Assembly (NCBI GenBank): GCA_044239085.1
Contig: JBIICC010000001.1
Location: 1 to 62,919, forward strand
Direction of reading: 5' to 3'
Length of the DNA stretch: 62,919 nt
DNA from: Candidatus Planktophila sp.
Lineage (GTDB): Bacteria; Actinomycetota; Actinomycetes; Nanopelagicales; Nanopelagicaceae
Below the pieces are notes generated by a model that searched no databases, was not told the DNA's origin, and worked only from the letters and a program-made list of their open reading frames with translations. Both the position numbers and the translations under genes were made by a program. Shown piece by piece: positions 21,729 through 32,502 of the stretch; the first letter of the stretch is position 1; every line of letters starts with the position of its first letter.

Positions 21729-22817
21729 TTAGCCACTCATCTCTCCCGCAATTTCTTGGATTCGCTTTCGGAGCAGGCTCCGCTCATTTGATTGATAGAG
21801 CGTCCCTTGGGAGTTCTCCGCGGCTGTTATCGAGCGGGTATCTAGGGGCACTTTGAGAATTCTTTTTGGAGCCAGGGCTCTGACTGCGTTGGCAAATGAC
21901 TGATCGGCTGCGATAGACCTTCTCCCAGAATGTGAATGTGAATGAAGAAAAGAGATTGCAGGTTTAATTGAATTACTCTGAAGCTCATAAGTGAATTTTC
22001 TTAGCCTCTCGAGTGAGAGGGGATCAGATTTTGCAACAACCCAGAGTTCATCTGCAGATGATGCCGCCCAGACAAGCGTCTCCCCGCTCCACCGCCTGCC
22101 ACTGAGTAATTGAGCCAGTTCATGTGTAGCCCCAAGATCGATAAGAATAAAATCAAATTCATATCTCGCAAGGTCGAGTGCCTCAATAGATTCAGCGATA
22201 TTGCTCTGAGTAATCTCCATCGCCCAGAATCCTGCGCTGAACTGTTGATAGCCTCTAGCGTTCTGTAATCCCTGCTCACCCATTAGAAGTGCGACAGAAG
22301 CTGCGTGTGGATGAGCATCTACAAGAAGAGTTCTCTTCCCTGATGTACTGAGTTCAGATGCGAGATTAATTGCAAGAGTCGTACAGCCTGCCGCACAATG
22401 TGGAGAAGTAATCGCAAGAACTTTTGCTCTGACCTTGGGATTTTCTCTAGGAGTATCGCGCACCAAGGGAGATCTAATGGAACCACGAACTAAACCAATT
22501 AATTCCAAGGCAGTTGTTGGCATCGCAATCGCCATTGGGTGTTGCTCTAAACCCTGACCCTCATTGCAAAAGAGAAAAACCTTGATGCCTCTGCCCTTAA
22601 TTCCCTCAATCAATGCGGGTTCAAATCCAAGTAGATCTATTGAGCACAATAGGACATCAGGAGTAATTGCTGAGGTATCGAGAAAATCAATCAGTGAACG
22701 CCATTCAAGAGCGCGATGTAGAACGCTCCAGCCCTGGCTAAATAAGGTGCTCGCTGCAAAACTCTCTTGATCAGCGCTATGAATTGCGGTGATAGCTGTC
22801 GGTTGTGACTTACTCAT
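21729..22817 (-). CDS. MinD/CpaE-like P-loop-fold protein with degenerate Walker A
   Basis: VLAITSPHCAAGCTTLAINLA, LLVDA, FILIDLG. Confidence 0.7.
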   Translation of the reverse strand: MSKSQPTAITAIHSADQESFAASTLFSQGWSVLHRALEWRSLIDFLDTSAITPDVLLCSIDLLGFEPALIEGIKGRGIKVFLFCNEGQGLEQHPMAIAMPTTALELIGLVRGSIRSPLVRDTPRENPKVRAKVLAITSPHCAAGCTTLAINLASELSTSGKRTLLVDAHPHAASVALLMGEQGLQNARGYQQFSAGFWAMEITQSNIAESIEALDLARYEFDFILIDLGATHELAQLLSGRRWSGETLVWAASSADELWVVAKSDPLSLERLRKFTYELQSNSIKPAISFLHSHSHSGRRSIAADQSFANAVRALAPKRILKVPLDTRSITAAENSQGTLYQSNERSLLRKRIQEIAGEMSG

Positions 22818-23406
22818 AAGAAAGTACGGCTACCAACCGGCCACTTGTTGAAGCGGCGAGAAGTCTTTCTACAAATCGCGGACTTGTTGCAATAGTTAAC
22901 GCCACTTCCCCGCCGAAATTTGAACCCTTTCTATCAAGGGATGAGACATGTGCGCCATGAATAACTTCAAATGGATCTAGGGCGGGCGCGCCATTCTTCT
23001 CATCGCGCACTTGAAAGATATGTATAAGCGAACCGGGAGCAACGCTCGTTGGGATATCTACTGATCGCAGACTCAGAGAGATCTCTTGATTGAGTTCTAT
23101 CTCTCCTGATTTGACCAGCCCTGCTACTGGAATCAACTCTCCTGGCGATAACTTTCTGAGCGAGATAGCGCCAACGGGATTTATTGATGCGGGAAGATAT
23201 TTATTGTGAGAATTACCTAGGGTGACTTCGATGAGCGATAGATCTTGACTCTGCACCTGACTTCCAGCGGCCACAGGATTTACTGCAATCCAATACTTCT
23301 GCCTCTGATTTGCCGTTATAGACATTAAGAATGAAGCGACAAGGGCTGCTATAAAGAGTGCAATTGAGATAACAAATCGAGTACTGCGTTCTTTCTTGGG
23401 AGACAT
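22810..23406 (-). CDS. SAF-domain (CpaB-like) membrane-anchored protein
   Basis: N-terminal TM then SAF-like segment; start set at ATG 23406. Confidence 0.65.
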   Translation of the reverse strand: MSPKKERSTRFVISIALFIAALVASFLMSITANQRQKYWIAVNPVAAGSQVQSQDLSLIEVTLGNSHNKYLPASINPVGAISLRKLSPGELIPVAGLVKSGEIELNQEISLSLRSVDIPTSVAPGSLIHIFQVRDEKNGAPALDPFEVIHGAHVSSLDRKGSNFGGEVALTIATSPRFVERLLAASTSGRLVAVLSYE

Positions 23407-23529
23407 GGTGGGATGGTAAAGCCGAGATAAATCTAGAAATCGAGCGTTATGCACAATCAACCTTAGGGATGAGTTAACTTCATATTTTTGGATGATTTAA
23501 CGTCCTTGCATCCCATGCAATATCCCCGC

Positions 23530-24057
23530 ATGACTACCGAAACGTATGAAAATCCAGCTCTCAGCAGTAAACCTTTTCTTCAATTGATTTCTAGTACCGA
23601 AGATCCTGCCCTCTGGAGCCATCCAGTTCTCGACATCTTTGCTCCACCGAAACTCTTGCCCCAACCTCAGAGAGCCAAGCTCTACCTTGTACCTTCAACT
23701 TTTGGCGAAGATATTGATCTCGATGATATGCCGGTACCAACATCGGCATCAGCCTTACCCGATCTACATACATGGACTATGAAATTCATCGTAAGCGTTC
23801 TCGAAATCTGGGCCGGTAGAAGGCAGCCGGCGCAGTTGATTCGATCATGCCATCGAGTTATCTATATGGAGCTACTGCGAAATACTGGAAGCCAGAAAGA
23901 GATTGGACGAATCAGAAATATTCATCAGAGTGAACCACTCGATGGTATCTGCGAAAGTACCGTAACCGTTCGATATGGAAATCGACTCCGCGCAATCGTT
24001 ATTCGATTTGAAGGCGTCGATGGCAGATGGTTATGTACCGCCCTGCGCCTGCTCTGA
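23530..24057 (+). CDS. Rv3235-family protein
   Basis: LEIWAGRRQPAQL and RAIVIRFE...RWLCTAL; downstream of secA. Confidence 0.82.
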   Translation: MTTETYENPALSSKPFLQLISSTEDPALWSHPVLDIFAPPKLLPQPQRAKLYLVPSTFGEDIDLDDMPVPTSASALPDLHTWTMKFIVSVLEIWAGRRQPAQLIRSCHRVIYMELLRNTGSQKEIGRIRNIHQSEPLDGICESTVTVRYGNRLRAIVIRFEGVDGRWLCTALRLL

Positions 24058-24061
24058 ATAT

Positions 24062-26734
24062 TTAAGCTGCGCCGTGGCAGCGCTTAAATTTCTTTCCAGA
24101 ACCGCATGGGCATGGGCTATTTCTTGAGACTTCACCTGATGTCACAACGCCATTTTCATCAGCTGCGCTATAGCGAAGTGGAGCCTTCTGAGTTGGTTTC
24201 TCATCTACTCCGCGAGCAGAGATCTGAGAACCATCGCCTTCAACGGTAACTTCGACATTAAAGACCAAACTGGCAAGCTCTTCCTTAATTGCATCCATCA
24301 TCGCTGAAAATAGCTCGTACCCTTCACGCTGATATTCAACAAGTGGATCTCTCTGAGCCATCGCACGTAGACCGATACCTTCTTGTAGGTAATCCATCTC
24401 ATAAAGATGTTCACGCCACTTGCGATCAAGAACCGAGAGAAGCACTTTTCTTTCAAGCTCACGGAGAACTTCAGCGCCAAGATCTTCTTCGCGCTTCTTG
24501 TAGGCAGCGGCCGCATCTTCCAGAAGTCGAATCTCCAATATCTCTGCATCGAGTGCAGAGATAGAACCGAATTCAGAGATGAGATCTTCTGGGGTGAAGG
24601 AAACTGGGTAAATCAATTTAATTGCAGTCCAGAGCTGAGCAAGATCCCAATCTTCTGCATATCCCTCTGCAGTTGCAGATCGGACATAAGCGGAGATTGT
24701 CTCAGCCATAAAGTCACCAACTTGTGTGCCGATATCTTCACCCTCAAGAACGAGGCGACGTTCAGCGTAGATAACTACTCGCTGACGGTTCATGACATCG
24801 TCATACTTCAAAACATTCTTTCTAATCTCAAAGTTCTGAGCCTCGACCTGGGTCTGAGCTGAACGAATGGCGTTTGAGACCATCTTAGATTCAATTGGTT
24901 CATCTTCAGGTAGACCTGCTGCTGCAAGAACGCGTTCAACAATTCCAGAGTTGAAGCGGCGCATCAAATCATCTTGAAGCGATAGATAGAAGCGAGATTC
25001 TCCAGGATCGCCTTGGCGACCTGATCGACCACGTAGCTGATTATCAATGCGTCGAGATTCATGGCGCTCTGTACCTAAGACATAGAGGCCACCTAATGAG
25101 ATAACTTCCTCGTGTTCCTTCTCGATTGCAGTCTTCTGCTTTGCAATCTCATCTGGCCAGGCACTCTCATACTCAGTTGGATTATCTACTGGAGAGATAC
25201 CTTTTCTTTGAAGTTCAAAGTCGGCCATAAATTCAGGGTTTCCACCGAGCATGATGTCAGTTCCGCGACCAGCCATATTTGTCGCAACAGTTACCGCGCC
25301 TTTAGTTCCGGCGCGAGCGACAATCGCTGCTTCGCGTTCGTGATGCTTAGCATTAAGTACCTCGTGAGGGACTCCTGCCTTCTTTAAAAACGCTGAGAGC
25401 TCTTCTGACTTCTCTACGCTTACAGTTCCGACCAATACTGGCTGACCTTTTCTGTGGCGTTCAACGATATCGCGAGTCACTGCAGAGAATTTTCCAGTCT
25501 CTGATTTGTAGACTAAATCTGGTTGATCGATTCGCTGCATTGTGCGATTTGTTGGGATTGGTACAACTCCCAATTTATAAATCTGATGAAATTCTGAGGC
25601 CTCTGTCATAGCAGTACCCGTCATGCCCGAGATCGTCTCGTAGAGGCGGAAATAGTTCTGCAATGTAATCGTTGCAAGAGTCTGGTTCTCATCCTTAATA
25701 TCGATTCGCTCTTTAGCTTCAAGGGCTTGGTGAAGTCCTTCGCTATAGCGGCGGCCAGCAAGCATGCGACCTGTGTGTTCATCAACGATGAGAAGCTCGC
25801 CATTCATGACTACATAATCTTTATCGCGCTTAAATAGCTCTTTAGCGCGGACAGAGTTGTTGAGATAGCCAATCAGCGTTGTGTTCGCTGCTTCGTAGAG
25901 GTTTTCGATTCCAAGAAGTTCTTCAACTTTCGTGACGCCTTCTTCAAGAATTCCGATGGTCTTCTTCTTCTCATCAACTTCATAGTGCGTGTTGCGCTGT
26001 AACTTTGTAGCAATATTTGCAAATTCAACGTACCACTTTGTTGCCTTGTCAGCCGGTCCACTAATAATCAAAGGCGTACGAGCTTCATCGATAAGAATGG
26101 AGTCAACTTCATCGACTACGGCGAAGAAGTGATCTCTCTGCACGCAATCTTCTAGAGACCATGCCATGTTGTCGCGCAGGTAGTCGAAACCAAATTCATT
26201 ATTAGTTCCATAAGTAATGTCAGAGTTATATGCGTCTCGACGTTCTGCTGGAGTCATGCTGTTAACAATTACACCAACTGTGAGGCCGAGGAATCTATGG
26301 ATACGACCCATCCACTCGCTATCGCGCTCGGCGAGGTAATCGTTTACGGTCACAACGTGAACGCCTCTGCCTGCTAAGGCGTTGAGATATGAAGGAAGAG
26401 TTGCAACGAGAGTCTTTCCTTCACCAGTTCGCATTTCTGCGATATTTCCACGGTGAAGCGCCGCACCACCCATGATCTGAACGTCGTAGTGACGTTGACC
26501 AAGTGTGCGTTTAGCCGCTTCGCGGACAACTGAAAAAGCTTCAGGCAAGAGATCATCAAGGGTTTCACCCTTTGCTAAGCGAGATTTAAACTCTTGAGTC
26601 TTAGCGCGAAGTTGATCATCGCTCAGAGGGGTAATTGAATCTTCGAAAGAGTTGACCTTGTCGACGACCTTGCTTAAGTCGCGAAGGATTTTTCCTTCAC
26701 CGGCTCGCATGATGCGGTCGAGAATTGAAGCCAT
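24062..26734 (-). CDS. secA: Preprotein translocase SecA
   Basis: [30 protein letters not shown] motif [13 protein letters not shown]. Confidence 0.99.
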   Translation of the reverse strand: MASILDRIMRAGEGKILRDLSKVVDKVNSFEDSITPLSDDQLRAKTQEFKSRLAKGETLDDLLPEAFSVVREAAKRTLGQRHYDVQIMGGAALHRGNIAEMRTGEGKTLVATLPSYLNALAGRGVHVVTVNDYLAERDSEWMGRIHRFLGLTVGVIVNSMTPAERRDAYNSDITYGTNNEFGFDYLRDNMAWSLEDCVQRDHFFAVVDEVDSILIDEARTPLIISGPADKATKWYVEFANIATKLQRNTHYEVDEKKKTIGILEEGVTKVEELLGIENLYEAANTTLIGYLNNSVRAKELFKRDKDYVVMNGELLIVDEHTGRMLAGRRYSEGLHQALEAKERIDIKDENQTLATITLQNYFRLYETISGMTGTAMTEASEFHQIYKLGVVPIPTNRTMQRIDQPDLVYKSETGKFSAVTRDIVERHRKGQPVLVGTVSVEKSEELSAFLKKAGVPHEVLNAKHHEREAAIVARAGTKGAVTVATNMAGRGTDIMLGGNPEFMADFELQRKGISPVDNPTEYESAWPDEIAKQKTAIEKEHEEVISLGGLYVLGTERHESRRIDNQLRGRSGRQGDPGESRFYLSLQDDLMRRFNSGIVERVLAAAGLPEDEPIESKMVSNAIRSAQTQVEAQNFEIRKNVLKYDDVMNRQRVVIYAERRLVLEGEDIGTQVGDFMAETISAYVRSATAEGYAEDWDLAQLWTAIKLIYPVSFTPEDLISEFGSISALDAEILEIRLLEDAAAAYKKREEDLGAEVLRELERKVLLSVLDRKWREHLYEMDYLQEGIGLRAMAQRDPLVEYQREGYELFSAMMDAIKEELASLVFNVEVTVEGDGSQISARGVDEKPTQKAPLRYSAADENGVVTSGEVSRNSPCPCGSGKKFKRCHGAA

Positions 26735-26782
26735 GTTCCTACCTTCCGATATCCAAAATCTGGTCGACTCTTTCGAGCCCCC

Positions 26783-27421
26783 TTATCGTAGAGGTTCTGC
26801 AACGCAGGCAGTTACAGCGGCAGAGACCTCAATCCCCGCGGCACGCAGGGCTCTGGCCGCTTCGCGCAGAGTCGCCCCAGTTGTGACCAAGTCATCAACG
26901 AGAACCGCTCTCCCACTGATAAATCTCAGGGATACCAGAGCTCCTTCTAAATTTTCTGCCCGATGCTTTGCATCCAAATTTGATTGGTCTCTGACTTTAC
27001 GAATATGGGTCAAGAGATCTTCTGTCGGCAAACCTTCGCTTTCGCTAATCTTTCTCGAAAGAACTGATACAAATTGGCGACCTCGTTTTCGCGCAACGCT
27101 CTTTCGCGATGGAATCGGAATTAGAAAATCACATTGACTCTGGACTCGAGCACCATGTAGAGAGTGTAGAAGCGCACTCTCCAAGAGATTATCTGCTAAC
27201 TCAAGGCTATTCTCTTTAGCAGCAAGCAGAACCCGGCCCGCAATCGGTGAGTATGGAATTGAAGAATAGATTGGGAATGAGATATCCGAACGCGACCAAG
27301 TTTTTATTATTCGAGGATGCCAGAATTTTCTACATCCTGAACAGATAGAAATTCCGAGTTGATCGCACCCTAAGCACCGAACCGGAAAGATAAGTTCTCG
27401 TAATGAAGATATTGAATTCAT
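26783..27421 (-). CDS. ComF family phosphoribosyltransferase-like protein
   Basis: CxxC..CxxC at N-terminus; LVDDLVTTGATL. Confidence 0.9.
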   Translation of the reverse strand: MNSISSLRELIFPVRCLGCDQLGISICSGCRKFWHPRIIKTWSRSDISFPIYSSIPYSPIAGRVLLAAKENSLELADNLLESALLHSLHGARVQSQCDFLIPIPSRKSVARKRGRQFVSVLSRKISESEGLPTEDLLTHIRKVRDQSNLDAKHRAENLEGALVSLRFISGRAVLVDDLVTTGATLREAARALRAAGIEVSAAVTACVAEPLR

Positions 27422-27452
27422 CGAGCAATTTTGCTCTAGCTAAAGCGATAAG

Positions 27453-29021
27453 TTAGAGAGAAAAATTCTCCTGGGGGAAATCACTTGGTGTGACTTTTAT
27501 TGGCCGCGCGTTGATGGTTTCTCCCGCTCTTAATGGCAAGGTAAGAACGAAATGTGCACCAAGTCCAGGTCTTCCCCATGCATCAAGCTCTCCGTTGTGT
27601 AGTCGGGCATCTTCAAGGGCAATTGAAAGGCCAAGGCCTGTACCCCCGCGCACTCGAGCACGAGATGGATCTGCGCGCCAGAATCGGTCAAAGACTCTTA
27701 TCAGTGCAGATTCATCTAAACCTGTTCCGTGATCTCTTACTCCAATGCCAACTTCCGATTCTGTGGCGACGACATTGACTACAACCGGCTTTCCCTCAGA
27801 GTGGTCGAGCGCGTTTGAGAGGAGATTTCGCATAATTCTTTCAACGCGACGGATGTCGGCTTTGATGGTGACTGTTGAACTCCCCGACTCAACTTTGATT
27901 TCAGGGGATGTCAGTTCGCTTGCAACATCAAAATCTTTAGCGCATCGCTTTATGAGAGTAATGATGTCGAAATCCACTGGTTCCAAAATTGCAACCTCTG
28001 CATCAAATCTGCTGACTTCGAGTAGATCTTCCAGAAGACGCTCAAAGCGATCTAGCTGAGCAACCAGCAGCTCTGAGCTCCGAGATACTAGTGGGTCGAA
28101 TGATTCTCTCTGGTTGTGAATGACCTCCGATGCCATTCGAAGAGTTGTGAGAGGTGTGCGTAGCTCATGTGTCACATCAGAAACGAAACGTTGCTGGACT
28201 CGGGATAAATGCTCAAGACGAGTGATCTGCTGTTCGATTGACTGGGCCATCTCGTTATATGAATTTGCAAGGCTTGCCATCTCATCGACAGATTCAACCT
28301 TCATGCGCTGGCTGTAATCTCCGTGGGTAAATTGGTTTGCTACACGAGCTGCCGCTCGAACCGGTCGAACAACTTGTCGAACTACTAGCCAGGTAATGAG
28401 CGCGATAAGAAGAATTAGTGCGATACCCGTCAACAAGAGAGAATTCTTGATGAGGTCCATTGTCGCACTCTGGCTCTTCAGCGAGAAGACAATATACATT
28501 TCATATCTTCCGCCTGTAGGAATTCTTATCTTCTTACCAACAAAGAGTGAATCTACAGTTGCACCATTGTTATAGCTTGCAAGGGCGTAGCCATATTGAA
28601 TCTTTGAATTCTTCTGGACTTTTTCTCTTAGATCCTTAGGTATCGAGGTATTGCGAATAATGTTTGAAGACATCTCGTAGGAATTCGTATTGGATTTCGC
28701 ACTTGGAGATTTCATGAAGATTACTTCTCGTCGTTCCTCATTAATTCCCTGAGTCGATGTGTTGACCACAAACTCTGCCAAAACTCGCTTGCGTTCGGCT
28801 ACGGACATTCCTCCCGAAACAAGCATCTGATATTCAGCGTTAAAGAATGTATATCTGGATTCTGCTAGAGAGGAACTGAGACTTGTCGAGCGAATTCCAT
28901 CTGCAAGTCTTGAGTACAAAGCTGAGCCTGTCAGCCATACAACGCCGACCGAGAGCAGAACTGTAGAGAGAATAACTTTCGTAGCGAGAGAGTGTTGAAG
29001 CGCGTAACGTATGCCCCTCAT
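27453..29021 (-). CDS. mtrB: Sensor kinase MtrB
   Basis: HAMP domain, QQRFVSDVTHELRTPL, RFWRADPSR..GGTGLGL; follows mtrA. Confidence 0.92.
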   Translation of the reverse strand: MRGIRYALQHSLATKVILSTVLLSVGVVWLTGSALYSRLADGIRSTSLSSSLAESRYTFFNAEYQMLVSGGMSVAERKRVLAEFVVNTSTQGINEERREVIFMKSPSAKSNTNSYEMSSNIIRNTSIPKDLREKVQKNSKIQYGYALASYNNGATVDSLFVGKKIRIPTGGRYEMYIVFSLKSQSATMDLIKNSLLLTGIALILLIALITWLVVRQVVRPVRAAARVANQFTHGDYSQRMKVESVDEMASLANSYNEMAQSIEQQITRLEHLSRVQQRFVSDVTHELRTPLTTLRMASEVIHNQRESFDPLVSRSSELLVAQLDRFERLLEDLLEVSRFDAEVAILEPVDFDIITLIKRCAKDFDVASELTSPEIKVESGSSTVTIKADIRRVERIMRNLLSNALDHSEGKPVVVNVVATESEVGIGVRDHGTGLDESALIRVFDRFWRADPSRARVRGGTGLGLSIALEDARLHNGELDAWGRPGLGAHFVLTLPLRAGETINARPIKVTPSDFPQENFSL

Positions 29022-29022
29022 A

Positions 29023-29703
29023 TTAGGCAGTGCCGCCCGCCTTATAGCCAACTCCACGCACTGTCATAACAATCTCTGGATGTTCAGCATCATGTTCAAT
29101 CTTGGAACGAAGTCTTTGAACGTGAACATTTACCAATCGAGTATCTGTGGTTTGACGATATCCCCATACTTCACTTAAGAGCACATCACGGGAAAAGACT
29201 CGGCCTGGATCTTTTGCAAGAGCTACCAAGAGATCAAACTCAAGACGAGTAAGTTGAATATTTGTAGAACCTCTACGCACTTCATGGGCAGTGACATCGA
29301 TGGTGAGATCGCCAATTACAAGTAACCCAGTGATATCCAAGTTAGTTCTGCGAAGTCTTGTACGAATTCGCGCAACCAGCTCCGCCTTATCGCGGAATGG
29401 TTTCTGCATGTAATCATCGGCGCCTGCTTCTAGCCCGCGGACAATATCTTGGGTCTCGCCTTTTGCACTCAACATAACAATTGGGACCATCGACTCTTTT
29501 CGAATAAGTCGACAGACTTCAATTCCATCAATTCCAGGGAGCATGACATCAAGTAAGACGAGGTCTGGAGGATTATTTCTAAATACCTCCAGCACCTCAT
29601 CTCCTCTACTTACAAGGTCAACATCAAAGCCAGAGCTCGTGAGAACAATTCCAAGCATTTCTGCAAGGTCTTGATCGTCATCGACGACCATGATGAGTGT
29701 CAT
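29023..29703 (-). CDS. mtrA: Response regulator MtrA
   Basis: DTRLVNVHVQRLRSKIE..P..V.TVRGVGYKAG. Confidence 0.94.
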   Translation of the reverse strand: MTLIMVVDDDQDLAEMLGIVLTSSGFDVDLVSRGDEVLEVFRNNPPDLVLLDVMLPGIDGIEVCRLIRKESMVPIVMLSAKGETQDIVRGLEAGADDYMQKPFRDKAELVARIRTRLRRTNLDITGLLVIGDLTIDVTAHEVRRGSTNIQLTRLEFDLLVALAKDPGRVFSRDVLLSEVWGYRQTTDTRLVNVHVQRLRSKIEHDAEHPEIVMTVRGVGYKAGGTA

Positions 29704-29720
29704 GAATGATTAGCGGTTCT

Positions 29721-31001
29721 TTATGAACCGTGCTCCCATGAGTTGAGGTACATATCCTGTGCTGGTGTAAGTACATCGATTCGTCCACCCATTGAAATGA
29801 GTTTTAGTTTCGCAACTTCCTTATCGATATACGTTGGCACTTCATGAACACCTGCAGAAAGATTCTTTGCTTCCTTAACGAGATATTCAGCTGTCAGGGC
29901 CTGATCCGAGAATGACATATCCATTACTGATGCTGGGTGCCCTTCTGCTGCTCCAAGGTTTACGAGGCGGCCTTCTGCAAGGAGAAGAAGACGGCGACCA
30001 TCCTTCATGGCATATTCATCAGTTTGGTGGCGCATCTTTGCATTCTTCTTAGTTGAATTCTGCTCAAGCCACGCAACATCGATTTCGATATCAAAGTGAC
30101 CGGAGTTAGCCATGATTGCGCCATCCTTCATTACTGCAAAGTGCTCATCACGAAGTACATCGCGATTACCCGTCACGGTAATGAATACATCACCAATCTT
30201 GGCTGCTTCGACCATCGGCATAACGCGGAAGCCTTGCATCATTGCATCGAGTGCTTTAGTTGGATCAATCTCAGTGATAACAACATCAGAACCCATGCCC
30301 TTAGCGCGTTCTGCAACGCCCTTACCGCAGTAGCCAAAACCTGCAACGACTACGACTCGGCCTGCAAGCAAGTAGTTAGTTGCACGGAAAACAGCATCAA
30401 GAGTTGATTGTCCAGTTCCATAACGGTTATCGAACATATGTTTTGTATCTGTGTCGTTCACTGCAATCATCGGGAAGGTTAGAGCGCCATCTTTAGCCAT
30501 CTGGTTGAGGCGGATAACGCCTGTCGTTGTCTCTTCACAGCCACCAGCAATATTTGGTAGCAACTCTTTACGCGTTGTGTGAAGCGTGTTGACAAGGTCG
30601 CAACCATCATCGAATACCTGGTGCGGTTCGATATCAAGCGCTGCGTTGATATGTGAATAGTAGCCATCGCGGTCTACTGAGTTGCGAGCGAATACTGAGA
30701 TTCCATACTCGTGAACAAGAGCTGCAGCTGTGTCATCTTGAGTTGAAAGAGGGTTTGAAGCACATAGTGCGATCTCTGCACCACCTGCTTTAAGTACGCG
30801 CATGAGGTTTGCTGTCTCGGTAGTAACGTGCATGCAGGCTGCGATTCGTACGCCTGTAAATGGCTGAGACTTTTCGAAACGTTCACGGATTTGTGCAAGA
30901 ACAGGCATGTTGCGCTCTGCCCACTCAATTTTCTTGCGGCCTTCTGCTGCAAGTGAAGCATCAGCAATATCGTGCTTTGGAATTGTTGTTACAGATGTCA
31001 T
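29721..31001 (-). CDS. ahcY: Adenosylhomocysteinase (short type)
   Basis: SNPLSTQD, EETTTG, FDNRYGTGQS, GRLVNL, GHP..VMDMSF. Confidence 0.97.
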   Translation of the reverse strand: MTSVTTIPKHDIADASLAAEGRKKIEWAERNMPVLAQIRERFEKSQPFTGVRIAACMHVTTETANLMRVLKAGGAEIALCASNPLSTQDDTAAALVHEYGISVFARNSVDRDGYYSHINAALDIEPHQVFDDGCDLVNTLHTTRKELLPNIAGGCEETTTGVIRLNQMAKDGALTFPMIAVNDTDTKHMFDNRYGTGQSTLDAVFRATNYLLAGRVVVVAGFGYCGKGVAERAKGMGSDVVITEIDPTKALDAMMQGFRVMPMVEAAKIGDVFITVTGNRDVLRDEHFAVMKDGAIMANSGHFDIEIDVAWLEQNSTKKNAKMRHQTDEYAMKDGRRLLLLAEGRLVNLGAAEGHPASVMDMSFSDQALTAEYLVKEAKNLSAGVHEVPTYIDKEVAKLKLISMGGRIDVLTPAQDMYLNSWEHGS

Positions 31002-31125
31002 TGAAATTTCTCTCCCTAATGTAAAAACGGCTGTTTTTTTCGCTTGACCTTCGGCGTAGGGCTCTACTGTGCTAGTCGGCTATGAAATTAGTTTAGTGGA
31101 CTGCTGGAAAAAGAGTGAAATAGAC

Positions 31126-32478
31126 CTAACTTCTGATGATGTTAAGTACATCATCACGGACCTTCTCCATGCGGGCTGGGGTAGAAGCCTCAACGTTGAG
31201 TCGAAGGAGGGGCTCTGTATTGGATGCGCGAAGGTTAAACCACCAATCTTTCGCATCAACTGTTAATCCATCGAGGTGGTCAATGACGACTCCTTCCTTG
31301 CTTCCATAAAGATCCTCGATTGTCTTCATGGAGTTACTTGAATCCTCGACAGCCGAATTGATTTCACCGCTGGAGTGGTATCGATTAAATTCCTTAAGTA
31401 GAGATGAGAGAGCTTTTTCGCTTTCGCCGAGCGCTGCAATTGCATGAAGCGCTGCAAGCATTCCGGAATCGGCTTTCCAGAAATCTCTAAAGTAGAAGTG
31501 GCCAGAGTGCTCTCCCCCAAATACGGCGCCACTATCTGCCATTAACTTTTTGATGTACGAATGTCCAACTCTGGATCGAATCGCAGTTCCACCATTCTCC
31601 TCAACAACTTCTTTCACTGCACGGGAAGAAATCAAGTTATAAATAATATTTGATGCTGGATACTTCTTTAATTCACGCGTGGCGATGAGAGATGTAAGCG
31701 CAGATGGATTTACAAGCGCACCTTTCTCATCTACAAGGAAGCACCTATCCGCATCGCCATCGAAAGCTAGTCCAATATCGGCTCCATGCTTCTTGACCGC
31801 TTTCTGCAGGTCTACAAGGTTTGCTGGATCGATTGGGTTTGCTTCGTGATTTGGAAAGGTTCCATCTAATTCAAAGTACATCTCAATAACTTCAGCGTTA
31901 AGTCGTTTAAATACCGCAGGGGCGGTATATCCACCCATGCCATTTCCGGCATCAATGACAATTTTAAGTGGTCGAATATTTGATACATCGACTAGAGCCA
32001 AAAGATGATCTACGTACTCATCCAATAGGTTCTGGCTCTTCTCCACACCAATATTGCGCATCGCCATCGCGCTGCCTTCTCTTACAAACTTTTCAATGGT
32101 GACTAATCCAGATTCCTTACCAATTGGGCGAGCACCGCTTAGGCAGAGTTTGATTCCGTTATATGCTGCTGGGTTATGGCTTGCAGTAAACATCGCTCCC
32201 GGAAGATTTAGCTTCCCAGAGGCAAAATAGAGCATATCTGTGGAAGCTAATCCGATTCGAATTACATCTAAACCTTGCGAAGTAACGCCTGCAGAAAATG
32301 CACTGGCGAGTTCTGGTGATGATGGACGCATATCTTCACCGATAACAACAGTTCCGGGTTCGCGCTCCATCTCGAGAAATTTAGCTACGGCGACACCTGT
32401 TGCAAATGCGAAATCCGGAGTCAGTTCTCTATCGACTAATCCACGGATGTCATAAGCCTTGAATATCGATTCGCTCAT
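31126..32478 (-). CDS. Phosphomannomutase/phosphoglucomutase
   Basis: FKAYDIRG, TASHNP, DGDADR, GEHSGH, RASNTEP. Confidence 0.95.
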   Translation of the reverse strand: MSESIFKAYDIRGLVDRELTPDFAFATGVAVAKFLEMEREPGTVVIGEDMRPSSPELASAFSAGVTSQGLDVIRIGLASTDMLYFASGKLNLPGAMFTASHNPAAYNGIKLCLSGARPIGKESGLVTIEKFVREGSAMAMRNIGVEKSQNLLDEYVDHLLALVDVSNIRPLKIVIDAGNGMGGYTAPAVFKRLNAEVIEMYFELDGTFPNHEANPIDPANLVDLQKAVKKHGADIGLAFDGDADRCFLVDEKGALVNPSALTSLIATRELKKYPASNIIYNLISSRAVKEVVEENGGTAIRSRVGHSYIKKLMADSGAVFGGEHSGHFYFRDFWKADSGMLAALHAIAALGESEKALSSLLKEFNRYHSSGEINSAVEDSSNSMKTIEDLYGSKEGVVIDHLDGLTVDAKDWWFNLRASNTEPLLRLNVEASTPARMEKVRDDVLNIIRS

Positions 32479-32502
32479 ATGAGTATCGTAAAGAGTTCTC
32501 TC

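Noticed and set aside
31002-31125. Canonical SAH riboswitch or ANTAR dual-hexaloop target upstream of ahcY
   Set aside because: SAH core (GAGGAGCGCUGC...AGGCUC) not seen; loops lack the ANTAR A1/G4 pattern. Kept only as an unassigned motif
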